Assembly: GCA_963803805.1 (NCBI GenBank)
Contig: CAWDOD010000002.1
Coordinates: 512,001-576,000 of the forward strand
DNA: 64,000 nucleotides
Direction of reading: 5' to 3'
DNA from: an uncultured cyanobacterium
Lineage (GTDB): Bacteria > Cyanobacteriota > Cyanobacteriia > Cyanobacteriales > CAWCAG01
Position numbers and translations under genes: made by a program. Every line of letters begins with the position of its first letter. The stretch's first letter is position 1. The notes below the pieces were generated by a model that did no database searches, had not been told where the DNA came from, and was given only the letters and a program-made list of their open reading frames with translations. This document shows positions 31,958 through 41,539 of the stretch, piece after piece.

Positions 31958-32566
31958 ATGATAGCGAATCTTACCAAAGGTCAAAAGCTACACATATTTG
32001 CTTCTTTGCTAGTTCCAACTTTACTATTAAGCAGCTATACTCCCTTAAAAAATCAAGATATTAATAGCCAAGGAAACACTTCACAAATAGCTCAATCTTC
32101 TATTTGGCGATCTGTTACTTCTATTGCTGGGGGATTCACTGTTTTGATGCCAGGAGAACCTGTTCGCCGTTGGCAAAGTGTACCAACTTCTGTCGGAGAA
32201 GCTAATTTTCTGGGTTATTTAGTCAATCGTCCCCAAGAAGAAACGAGCTATTATATAGCCTATTCTTACTTCCCTTATACTTTAGAAGAAGCTGGGGCTA
32301 ACGAGATATTTGATGAGATATTTGATAAGATTAGACCTACAGTAGCCGGTGCTGAAACACCCACTGCTCCTACTAAAGAAACTATTGAATCTGATAATTT
32401 TGCGGCGGCTCAATATGTTCTAAAGTTGGAAGATGATTACACTGCCATATACAGATTCTATTCAATAGATAGGCGTATTTACCAACAGGCAGTTTTCACC
32501 AGGAAAGCTCAACATTTACCTAAGAGTATTGAAGGTTTCTTTGACTCTTTTAAGACTATTGATTAA
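31958..32566 (+). CDS. hypothetical exported protein
   Basis: Hydrophobic N-terminus; W...GGFTVLMPG...FFDSF pattern. Confidence 0.7.
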   Translation: MIANLTKGQKLHIFASLLVPTLLLSSYTPLKNQDINSQGNTSQIAQSSIWRSVTSIAGGFTVLMPGEPVRRWQSVPTSVGEANFLGYLVNRPQEETSYYIAYSYFPYTLEEAGANEIFDEIFDKIRPTVAGAETPTAPTKETIESDNFAAAQYVLKLEDDYTAIYRFYSIDRRIYQQAVFTRKAQHLPKSIEGFFDSFKTID

Positions 32567-32580
32567 GGCATTAAAAATAA

Positions 32581-32817
32581 GCGCACCTGTTGATTAGGTT
32601 TCCCCTTCGTAAGCTCCCTAGGACTAGATTGCTCAACTCAAGCGGTCTCGGGTACTATCGCTCATTAGTTTCTTAAGAAACCAAACCGTAATAGCGATAG
32701 TACCCGAAAGACCGCACAGTCAAGAGCAAGCTAGTGATGTGTGTATCAACTAAGCGCAAGGACAGCGATCCACTGTCCAGATTGCAAGGCTGTTTGACCG
32801 AATCAACAAGTACGTAC
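32581..32817 (-). ncRNA. candidate structured ncRNA (~237 nt), retron msr/msd-like architecture
   Basis: 19-bp terminal stem, two short hairpins, ~113-nt long hairpin, G-U wobble bias on the minus strand, promoter immediately upstream. Confidence 0.6.
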
Positions 32818-32822
32818 CAACT

Positions 32823-32852
32823 ATTTTATGCTGATTTGATTAAGATTAGCAA
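32823..32852 (-). promoter_or_regulatory. putative sigma70 promoter TTGCTA-N18-TAAAAT
   Basis: Predicted start site ~32817, at the 5' end of the terminal stem. Confidence 0.5.
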
Positions 32853-32904
32853 TTAATAATTCTCTTCCTTAAAATAAAGAAAAGTCCAACCAAATCTGAA
32901 AAGC

Positions 32905-33864
32905 ATGAAAACAAGAACTCTAGGTAACTCTGAGGTACAGATATCGCCAATTTTAATGGGAACTTGGCAAGCCGGTAAGCGTATGTGGGTGGGCATTGAA
33001 GACGAGGAGAGTATCAAAGCAATTCGGGCTGCTTTTGAGGCTGGTATTACCACTGTTGATACGGCTGAGGTTTATGGAGAAGGACATTCAGAACAAGTTG
33101 TTGCTAAGGCTTTGTCTGATGTAAGATCACAAGTTGTCTATGCTTCTAAAGTCTTTGCCAACCATCTTAAGTATGACCAGGTAATTGAAGCTTGTGAGCG
33201 CTCCTTAAAAAATCTGCAAACTGACTATCTTGATCTTTACCAAATTCATTGGCCTTCTGGTAATTTTAATAGCGAGGTTGTACCCGTTGAAGAAACAATG
33301 AGCGCTCTGAATAAACTCAAGGAAGAAGGTAAAATTAGAGCTATCGGTGTTTCCAATTTTTCTGGTAGCCAACTCTCTGAAGCGGCAAAATACGGGCGTA
33401 TTGACAGTTTGCAGCCACCTTATTCCCTATTTTGGCGACAAGTAGAAGCTGATGCTAGGGATTATTGTGTCGAAAATAATATTGCGATTCTAGCTTATTC
33501 TTCCCTTGCTCAAGGATTATTAACCGGGAAGTTTGGCCCAGATCACCAGTTCGCAGAAGGAGATCATCGGGCTAAAAATAAGCTTTTTCAAGGCGAAAAC
33601 TACCAAAGAGCGCAGGAAGCCCTTGATAAGTTGCGTCCTTTTGCTGAAAAACATGATTGTAGTTTAGCTCAATTAGCTTTAGCTTGGTTAATTGCTCAAC
33701 CCCAAACTAATGCGATCGCCGGGGCTAGAAATGCTGAACAAGCTTCAGCTAATGCTAAGGCTAGCGAGGTTAAGCTTTCTGAAGAAGAAGTAAAAGAAAT
33801 CGACAAAATCGGTCGTCACGTTACCGATCACCTTGACAGTGATCCTGTGATGTGGGATTGGTAA
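32905..33864 (+). CDS. aldo/keto reductase
   Basis: DTAEVYG, SK, DLYQIHWP, IGVSNF, QPPYSL, YSSLAQGLL. Confidence 0.93.
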   Translation: MKTRTLGNSEVQISPILMGTWQAGKRMWVGIEDEESIKAIRAAFEAGITTVDTAEVYGEGHSEQVVAKALSDVRSQVVYASKVFANHLKYDQVIEACERSLKNLQTDYLDLYQIHWPSGNFNSEVVPVEETMSALNKLKEEGKIRAIGVSNFSGSQLSEAAKYGRIDSLQPPYSLFWRQVEADARDYCVENNIAILAYSSLAQGLLTGKFGPDHQFAEGDHRAKNKLFQGENYQRAQEALDKLRPFAEKHDCSLAQLALAWLIAQPQTNAIAGARNAEQASANAKASEVKLSEEEVKEIDKIGRHVTDHLDSDPVMWDW

Positions 33865-34379
33865 GATTACTTTTTGACAGAAGTGAGTAATCATCGAAGC
33901 TGGCTTTTGTCAATAGGTACTTAAAATCTAGTCTCAAAAAAAAGTGATTGCCCTGTTGAATAATCTCTTCATTTTAGCTGTTTAATTTAAGGCAAAGCCT
34001 TATTTCGCTGTAGTTTTGTTCGACTAAAATGTGTTTTGGGTATAAAAGAGGCAACTGTATCATTTTTTATAAATCTTGATTAATTCTATTACAAAAGAAA
34101 CCCCCTTCAAAAGCTTATTGGCCCGTTCTCAACATAACTTTATAAAGATGGTCAAAACGTGCTTATGTTTAAATGATTTAAACATGAACAATAAGAAGCG
34201 AAAGTTTTGCTTATCAATGTTATTTTGGTCACATCCGTTTTTTATTCCTTGCCATGATATTATGTATGTGGTGGGAAAGATGCGCTCTAAAAACGAGTTT
34301 TCCAAACTACTTTTCCAAACTACTTTTGCCTTGATAAGCTGTTAGAGAAAGCTAAACTACAGTTCAAATGCACATTTGC

Positions 34380-34604
34380 TTAGCGATTTTTACTATTAAT
34401 TACCGCAGCAAAGAGTAAATAACCCAAACCAGCAGCTAGAGCAACTTCTTCTAGCCACTTGCTGCCAGAATATCTATACCAATGAGAAAAGCCTTCCAAG
34501 ACACGTAGAATTGATTCAATGCCCCAACCTAAAGCTTGAAGGCTCAAATAAACTAATGCAGCTATACCAAGAGCTTGAATAAAGGTGTTCCTAAACAAAT
34601 TCAT
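34380..34604 (-). CDS. small hypothetical membrane protein
   Basis: 74 aa with two hydrophobic segments; GAGG upstream of the ATG. Confidence 0.55.
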   Translation of the reverse strand: MNLFRNTFIQALGIAALVYLSLQALGWGIESILRVLEGFSHWYRYSGSKWLEEVALAAGLGYLLFAAVINSKNR

Positions 34605-34761
34605 ATAAATCTTCCTCTCTCACTACATTAATCATAATTCCCCAGAATAAGGTTAAGTAATAACACAAAGCTTTCTTTATTTCCAACTAGTAACTAGCCA
34701 CGCTTCTACTAGCAATAAACCAGAATCTAGGCTACACCTCACAAGTCATAGAATTACTATA

Positions 34762-36762
34762 CTATTTATTCCCAACTAATTTATCTCGCAAACTTTTAAT
34801 GCGATCGCGAAACTCAGCAGCTTTTTCAAACTCTAAGTTTTTCGCTGCTTCCTTCATCTGTTCTTCTAGTTGTTCAATCAATTCTGGTACTTTTTCTAAA
34901 GGTATATCTTCAGTCTTTTGCGTAATAACTTCTAACTCCTGGGCATTGAGTTTCCGGGAAATATCTAAATAAGCCAAAATAGAATTACTGGCTCTTCTAA
35001 TAATAGGTTGGGGAGTAATATTATGGGTGCGGTTGTAAGCGATTTGAATATTCCTACGTCGTTCCGTTTCTTCAATCGCTTTAGCCATACTATCAGTAAG
35101 GTTATCAGCATATAAAATCGCTTGCCCCCGAACATGACGGGCTGCCCTACCAATAGTTTGAATTAATGAACGTGCTGCTCGTAAAAAGCCTTCTTTATCT
35201 GCATCTAAAATAGCCACTAGGGAAACTTCTGGTAAATCTAAACCTTCTCGCAATAAGTTAACCCCAATCAAGACATCAAAAGCCCCTTGTCGCAAAGCTT
35301 GAATTATTTCAATTCTTTGGATAGATTGAATTTCGGAGTGGAGATACTGCACTTTTATCTCTCTTTCTTGTAAATACTCCGTTAAGTCCTCTGCCATCCG
35401 TTTAGTTAAGGTAGTAATCAAAACCCTCTCATCTAAGGCTACTCGTTCCTTAATTTCCCCTAAAAGATCATCAATTTGTCCTTCGGTGGGACGAACAAAA
35501 ATCTCCGGATCAATAACTCCTGTGGGGCGAATAATTTGTTCTACAATCCTACCTTCAGATTGTTCAATTTCCCAATTTCCCGGAGTAGCAGAAACAAAAA
35601 TACATTGGTTAGCTTTATCCCAAAATTCCTCTGCTTTTAAAGGGCGATTATCTGCCGCACTAGGTAAGCGAAAACCATGATCAATTAAAACTTTTTTCCT
35701 CGCTTGATCACCATTATACATACCCCGAATTTGCGGCACAGTAACGTGGGATTCATCCACCACCAATAACCAATCTTCAGGGAAATAATCGATTAAACAT
35801 TCCGGGGGTTCTCCTGCTTGTCTCCCGGCTAAATGGCGAGAATAGTTTTCGACTCCATTAGAATAACCTACCTCCCGCAACATCTCTAAATCATAGCGGG
35901 TACGCTGTTCTAAACGCTGTGCTTCTAAGAGTTTACCTGCTGCTTCTAAATTAGTTAATTGTTGGTTTAATTCCACCTCAATATCCGAACAAGCTTGTTC
36001 TAATCTTTCTTCTGGAGTAACAAAGTGACGGGCAGGATAAATATTTACTCCGTTTAAGCTGTGGAGAATTTCCCCTGTAACTGGGTTTATGTAGCGAATG
36101 GCATCTATTTCATCTCCAAAAAATTCTACTCTGATGAGCCGATCTTCATAAGCGGGGCCAATTTCCAACACATCCCCCTTAACCCGAAACCGCCCCCGCC
36201 CAATTTCTACATCGTTGCGGCTATACTGTATCGAAGCTAAATCCCGCAATAACTTGCGCTGATCTACTTCTTCCCCGATACGTAAAGGAATAGATGCTTT
36301 GAGGTATTCCGAAGGCATCCCCAAACCATAAATGCAGCTAATGGAAGCCACTACAATCACATCCTTCCTTTCAAACAGCGATCGCGTGGCAGAGTGACGC
36401 AACATATCAATTTCTTCATTAATAGAAGCTGTCTTTTCAATATAAGTATCACTGACAGCAATATAAGCTTCTGGTTGATAGTAATCGTAATAACTTATAA
36501 AATATTCCACTGCATTTTCTGGGAAAAATTGCCGCAACTCATTACATAATTGTGCTGCTAAAGTTTTATTATGAGCCAACACTAAAGTTGGCTTACCAGT
36601 ATTCGCAATCACCTGGGCAATAGTAAAAGTTTTCCCTGTCCCCGTCGCCCCCAGAAGAGTTTGTGTCGGATTTCCCCCTAGAACAGATTCTGTAAGCTGG
36701 GTAATTGCTTGGGGTTGATCTCCTGTGGGTTGAAAGGGGGCTTCGATTTTGAATTGATTCAT
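34762..36762 (-). CDS. uvrB: excinuclease ABC subunit B
   Basis: [31 protein letters not shown]-terminal UVR domain. Confidence 0.98.
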   Translation of the reverse strand: MNQFKIEAPFQPTGDQPQAITQLTESVLGGNPTQTLLGATGTGKTFTIAQVIANTGKPTLVLAHNKTLAAQLCNELRQFFPENAVEYFISYYDYYQPEAYIAVSDTYIEKTASINEEIDMLRHSATRSLFERKDVIVVASISCIYGLGMPSEYLKASIPLRIGEEVDQRKLLRDLASIQYSRNDVEIGRGRFRVKGDVLEIGPAYEDRLIRVEFFGDEIDAIRYINPVTGEILHSLNGVNIYPARHFVTPEERLEQACSDIEVELNQQLTNLEAAGKLLEAQRLEQRTRYDLEMLREVGYSNGVENYSRHLAGRQAGEPPECLIDYFPEDWLLVVDESHVTVPQIRGMYNGDQARKKVLIDHGFRLPSAADNRPLKAEEFWDKANQCIFVSATPGNWEIEQSEGRIVEQIIRPTGVIDPEIFVRPTEGQIDDLLGEIKERVALDERVLITTLTKRMAEDLTEYLQEREIKVQYLHSEIQSIQRIEIIQALRQGAFDVLIGVNLLREGLDLPEVSLVAILDADKEGFLRAARSLIQTIGRAARHVRGQAILYADNLTDSMAKAIEETERRRNIQIAYNRTHNITPQPIIRRASNSILAYLDISRKLNAQELEVITQKTEDIPLEKVPELIEQLEEQMKEAAKNLEFEKAAEFRDRIKSLRDKLVGNK

Positions 36763-37018
36763 ACTAATTTTTGCGCTTTTGCTAATAGCTAACGGCTAAT
36801 TAAAAGGGTTTTTATGAAGTAGGAAATTTAATTATCTGAAGAGAGGTGATCACCTTTAAGAAACTGACTAGATTTTCCTGGTAAATCTCTATTCAGCTTT
36901 TCAAATACCACCTCATTTTATAACAAAATTCAAGAAAGTAGTACTAATTTACTGAAATAATTATTACCTTTCCTACAAACTTTACCAAGAAAAGCCCGTA
37001 GAATCCCTCAACAGACAA

Positions 37019-37039
37019 TTTTGGTAAAAGTTACTATAA
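37019..37039. promoter_or_regulatory. candidate NrtR operator overlapping a -10 box
   Basis: TTTTGGTAAAAGTTACTATAA: 21-bp imperfect palindrome with GT-N7-AC core, overlapping TATAAT (37035-37040) upstream of pncB. Confidence 0.6.
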
Positions 37040-37069
37040 TTGTGAAATCAGCCACGCATTGCACCAAAT

Positions 37070-38413
37070 ATGATTGCCAAAGAACAAGAATTAACTCTGG
37101 CTAGCGAGGATTACAGCCTGTTAACTGACTTATACCAGTTAACCATGACAGCTTGTTATGTTGGGGAAGATTTAGCCACAAAACCCGCTAGCTTTGAACT
37201 ATTTACCCGTCGCTTACCAGATAACTATGGCTATTTAATTGCCATGGGCTTAACCCAAGCTTTAGAATACCTACAAAAGCTGCGCTTTACTCCCCAACAA
37301 ATTACCTCCTTGCAAGAAACAGGAATTTTTAGCCAAGCTCCAGAGCAGTTCTGGACTTTGCTAGAATCAGGTAGCTTTACTGGAGATGTGTGGGCAGTTC
37401 CTGAAGGGACAGCGATTTTTGCCCAGGAACCATTGTTACGGATCGAAGCCCCTCTGTGGCAAGGGCAATTGGTAGAAACCTATCTCCTCAACACCATTAA
37501 CTACCAAACCTTAATCGCCACCAAAGCCGCCCGTCTGCGCCAGGTTGCAGGGAAAGAAGCGAATTTGTTGGAATTTGGTACGCGCAGAGCCTTTAGTCCC
37601 CAAGGGGCTATGTGGGCTGCTAGGGCAGCGATCGCGGGGGGATTAGATGGAACTTCTAACGTTTTAGCTGCTTTAAAATTAGGACGCAAACCGGCTGGTA
37701 CAATGGCTCATGCTTTGGTGATGGCTATAGGTGCAATGGCAGGGGGAGAAGATGAAGCATTCAGCGCTTTTAGCCATTATTTTCCCCAAGCCCCTTTATT
37801 AATTGATACCTACGATCCTCTAGCGGCGGCTAGTCGGTTGGCGGAGGAAGTTAAGGCAGGGAAGCGGCATTTAACGGGAATACGTTTAGATTCCGGGGAC
37901 TTAGTTACTTTATCCCAAAAAGTGCGATCGCTCCTCCCAGAGGTAACTATTTTTGCTAGTGGGGATTTAGATGAGTGGAAGATTGCTCAATTAATAGAAG
38001 CTGGGGCTTGTATTGATAGTTATGGTTTAGGAACTAAGTTAGTAACAGGTGCGCCTGTAAACGGAGTTTATAAGTTGGTGGAAATTGATAGTATTCCTAC
38101 TAGCAAAAAGTCTTTTAATAAAAGTACTTACCCTGGGAAAAAGCAGATTTTCCGTCAACAACAAGGCAGGAAGTTTATTCAAGATCGATTAGGTTTAGCA
38201 GAAGAAGTTTCTCAACCTGGTGAAGAGAGTCTTTTAAGGTTAGTGATGAAGCAAGGAGAATGTTGTTATAAAGCAGATTCTTTAGAAACTATTAGTGAAC
38301 GTGTTGCTTCTTCTGTCGCTAGTTTACCAAGTTCAACGGTGCAAATAAGTGAGCCAGTTACTTTTAAGGTGGAGATTTCCCAGCAGTTAAAAGAGCTAAC
38401 CAGTAAACAGTGA
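37070..38413 (+). CDS. pncB: nicotinate phosphoribosyltransferase
   Basis: LTDLYQLTM, EFGTRR, GTMAH, LIDTYD, RLDSGD, YKLVE. Confidence 0.95.
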   Translation: MIAKEQELTLASEDYSLLTDLYQLTMTACYVGEDLATKPASFELFTRRLPDNYGYLIAMGLTQALEYLQKLRFTPQQITSLQETGIFSQAPEQFWTLLESGSFTGDVWAVPEGTAIFAQEPLLRIEAPLWQGQLVETYLLNTINYQTLIATKAARLRQVAGKEANLLEFGTRRAFSPQGAMWAARAAIAGGLDGTSNVLAALKLGRKPAGTMAHALVMAIGAMAGGEDEAFSAFSHYFPQAPLLIDTYDPLAAASRLAEEVKAGKRHLTGIRLDSGDLVTLSQKVRSLLPEVTIFASGDLDEWKIAQLIEAGACIDSYGLGTKLVTGAPVNGVYKLVEIDSIPTSKKSFNKSTYPGKKQIFRQQQGRKFIQDRLGLAEEVSQPGEESLLRLVMKQGECCYKADSLETISERVASSVASLPSSTVQISEPVTFKVEISQQLKELTSKQ

Positions 38414-38436
38414 GGGAAAAATGTAATTTACCTAAT

Positions 38437-39006
38437 TTACATCTGTTCAATTAACAAAGTGAATTCAGGTAAAACATCTTCTCCTGATAAAGATGTTGGT
38501 AAAGTTAAAGTTTCTACATCTTGTTGGGAGCGATAAATTTCTACCGTATTGTTTTGGGGATCAGTTAACCAACCTAACCTTAAGCCACAATCCAAATACT
38601 CCCCCATCTTTTCTTGTAAAGGTTTTAATCTATCACTAGGAGAGCGCAACTCAATAACAAAATCTGGGCAAATAGGAGGGAATTTTCTTCTTTGTTCTGG
38701 AGTTAGGGCAAGCCATCTTTCTTTTACTATCCAGGCAACATCAGGGGAGCGACTACCGCCACCAGGTAAGTTAAATATAGTTGATGAGCTAAAGACAAAT
38801 CCTAAGTTACTCTGACGATTCCAGAGGCTAACTTGAAAGATTAAATCTGCTTCTTTGTTACCACTTTCTCCTCCCACTGGGGACATAATAATTAATTCTC
38901 CATCACGACTAAGTTCTAATGGTACATCTGGATTAGCACTACAGAGTTGATAAAAGTTTTCTGTTGTTAATCTAATTAATGGTTTTAAATCTAATACAGT
39001 TCTCAT
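38437..39006 (-). CDS. Uma2 family endonuclease-fold protein
   Basis: RSPDVAW, CPDFVIELRSPSD, LGWL.DP. Confidence 0.93.
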   Translation of the reverse strand: MRTVLDLKPLIRLTTENFYQLCSANPDVPLELSRDGELIIMSPVGGESGNKEADLIFQVSLWNRQSNLGFVFSSSTIFNLPGGGSRSPDVAWIVKERWLALTPEQRRKFPPICPDFVIELRSPSDRLKPLQEKMGEYLDCGLRLGWLTDPQNNTVEIYRSQQDVETLTLPTSLSGEDVLPEFTLLIEQM

Positions 39007-39272
39007 CTTATTTCTCTTGAATGTTTACAATACTTTTTTCATAAATTAATGATGTTTATTATTCATGATTTCATTGCTATAAGATCACAAAACTATCTGG
39101 TAGAGTTTTTTAGCTAAAAAAACATGGTCTATTGATAGGATAAATAATATTTGTTAGCCTTAACAAAAACATCATCGTTGTATGAGTACACTGCTGGCAG
39201 AAGTTTACTGACAACTAAAGGTTCGCTCTCTTGGTGGAAACTAAATTGTGTTGAATTATCAGAGTATATTTT

Positions 39273-39902
39273 ATGGTACAAACAGTAAAAGCGACAGATT
39301 TGACTCGTTATGATGTCGAGAGAAAATTTGGTTTGCAATTAGTACAAGATGAAAGCTTTTTCTGTGAATGGTTAGATAACTTACCAGAATTAACGAATGC
39401 CGAAAAGCAAGCATTAGACTTGCTGAAAGCTCGTTATCTACACTTGTCGGCACGACCAATGCTGGAATCCATTGTCAAAATGGTTGTGCTATCTCCCTTG
39501 CTAGCTTTGGCTGGTTTCTATGATCCTCCTTTCTACATAACAGCAGAAGAAGAAATTCTTGTTAAGGAAGAAGTTGATGGAGAAATAATTCGAGGCAAAA
39601 TTGATATTCTGGTCGTACAGGGTAGTTTTTGGATTGGTGTAGTGCAGGCTAAACGGGAACAGGCAGATGTGATGACATCTTTACCTCAAACTTTATCTTA
39701 TATGATGGCCAATCCTAAGCCATCCCAACCTGCTTTCGGATTACTAATCAATGGTAGAGAAGTTGTTTTTGTGAAGTTAACTCAACAGAATACACCAAAA
39801 TATGCCCTTTCCAATACTTTTTCTCTGTTTAATCGTGGCAATGATTTTTATCAAGTTTTGCAGATTTTAAAAAAATATGTACAAACGCTATTTTCCGTAT
39901 GA
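39273..39902 (+). CDS. HsdR_N-like PD-(D/E)XK fold protein
   Basis: VKMVVLSPLL.LAGFY, GKIDILV...VVQAK, QTLSYM. Confidence 0.75.
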   Translation: MVQTVKATDLTRYDVERKFGLQLVQDESFFCEWLDNLPELTNAEKQALDLLKARYLHLSARPMLESIVKMVVLSPLLALAGFYDPPFYITAEEEILVKEEVDGEIIRGKIDILVVQGSFWIGVVQAKREQADVMTSLPQTLSYMMANPKPSQPAFGLLINGREVVFVKLTQQNTPKYALSNTFSLFNRGNDFYQVLQILKKYVQTLFSV

Positions 39903-40051
39903 AACTGTAGATGATATTGAAAACCTTTTAAGACAAAGCTATGAAAGTATTAAAGAATTTAATGAAGATATCAAAGCTCGTATTTTGACATTATTTTAAA
40001 GTTTTTGGCAAAGTGAAATTACGATTGAAAGGAAAAAGAATCTTATACAAA

Positions 40052-41539
40052 TCAGTCATTAATAGGGCAAGCTATCAGTAGTGAAAATAGCTTAAGAACT
40101 TTCAGCTCTTCTAATCTTTGTCCTTTCCACCACGCTTCATCTTGGCGGAGTTCGTAGTCCATGTTTCTTCTAAACTCTTCCTTATCTAGCTTATCACCCA
40201 TCAAAGAGCTACCAAAAGCCATGAAATCAGCAAGAAGCTGCTTTTGCCAATCCTGCTTTATTACTGCTTTACTGACAGTTCGTAAACCGCTAACATAAGC
40301 ATCTAAAGCTGCATTATCTGCTGTGACAACCTGCATAACCCCCCAAGGAAGATGACCCTCTAGTGTATTGGTGGAAGTATAAGAAACTTGATTGGAGGAG
40401 ATCCAAGAATTTTGGCAGCGCCAGCCTACGCGATCGCCAAATGCTTGTGGGTCTTTTTGGCATTCATTAAAGATTCGCTTCTGTACACTGAAGCCAAAAC
40501 GTCCATCGCTAGATTTTAACCATAAGTGGTCAATAACTTGCAGAACTTGACAAGGAAAATTTTGAATTTGTTTATCGGTAAGGTAGCCTTCTTCTTCTTG
40601 CTTAGCTACTTTTAAAATAATAGTTCTAGTTGCTTCATTTGCTTCTCGCCATCTTCCTGATGCTAGTAAATTCTCCAAATGTGTATATTCTTCACTTCTA
40701 GTTATAGAGAAGGTGAGAAACTTTTGAATAATTGGGCGAAAATTTTTCCAAACAATTTCTCCTTTAAAGTTATCAGAAACATTGGCTACTTTTTCATAAA
40801 AATGTAGTTTCTGTTTATTTAACTCACACACTATTGGTATTTCGTACCAGAGCAAATTGACTCTGTGGTTAATAGGATTCGTGGTTCGTATGGCAGTAGC
40901 TGTATTTTCATCTAAATTGTCAACAATTGCTACAGCGAAACAAGCATGAGTCGGAACCCGAAAATTATATATAGCTTCGCCAACTGCTGATGAATTAACT
41001 GTACCTTTAGCTATTCGTAAACATTGGGCTGAATATTGCTGTAAAATCTTAATTTGCATTGAGGAAAACTCAGAGAACATAAACAAAGCTTCACCTCGCA
41101 TTCCCTGCTGTAGTTCAAAGTCTGATATGGTAGCAATATAGTTAAATAGCCTTCCGTTCTTGAAAACATTTTGACGAATTTCTAAGGAACCTTGTTGTCG
41201 TAACTTTGGTAAAACATCTTCAAAGTATTGCTCTAAAGATAAACTTTTTTCACAAGCTTCAATTGTTCTAAAGTAGTCGGTATTAAAATCGTTTTCTTGG
41301 TTGGTACGAAGAGCTTTAATCAAAGCTTGAATAGCTTCATCATCCCAAGTATAGTAGTTGCGATCGCCAATATGAATATCTTCACCGTGACTTATGTTGA
41401 CATTATATTTACCTAGCTGCTTAATACTTTGACTATCATTACTTTCAAGTAGTTGTTTAAGAGTTTGAATATCAGCTTCCGTTTGTTGGTTTTCAGCAAT
41501 ACGCTTGAAAATAGCATTTATTTGATTGGCAGTATTCAT
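40052..41539 (-). CDS. GUN4-domain protein with N-terminal EAD10-like segment
   Basis: LENLLASGRWREAN.AT, FPC..L..IDHLW...SDGRFGFSVQKRI; N-terminal QLGKYNVNISHGEDIHIGD. Confidence 0.85.
   Translation of the reverse strand: MNTANQINAIFKRIAENQQTEADIQTLKQLLESNDSQSIKQLGKYNVNISHGEDIHIGDRNYYTWDDEAIQALIKALRTNQENDFNTDYFRTIEACEKSLSLEQYFEDVLPKLRQQGSLEIRQNVFKNGRLFNYIATISDFELQQGMRGEALFMFSEFSSMQIKILQQYSAQCLRIAKGTVNSSAVGEAIYNFRVPTHACFAVAIVDNLDENTATAIRTTNPINHRVNLLWYEIPIVCELNKQKLHFYEKVANVSDNFKGEIVWKNFRPIIQKFLTFSITRSEEYTHLENLLASGRWREANEATRTIILKVAKQEEEGYLTDKQIQNFPCQVLQVIDHLWLKSSDGRFGFSVQKRIFNECQKDPQAFGDRVGWRCQNSWISSNQVSYTSTNTLEGHLPWGVMQVVTADNAALDAYVSGLRTVSKAVIKQDWQKQLLADFMAFGSSLMGDKLDKEEFRRNMDYELRQDEAWWKGQRLEELKVLKLFSLLIACPIND

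Noticed and set aside
32581-32817. Group II intron, tRNA, tmRNA, RNase P or SRP RNA
   Set aside because: No domain V or other diagnostic motif was recognised; kept as an unknown structured RNA
34076-34345. 89-aa ORF
   Set aside because: TTG start, no motif, and it runs through a 14-bp duplication and a MITE remnant
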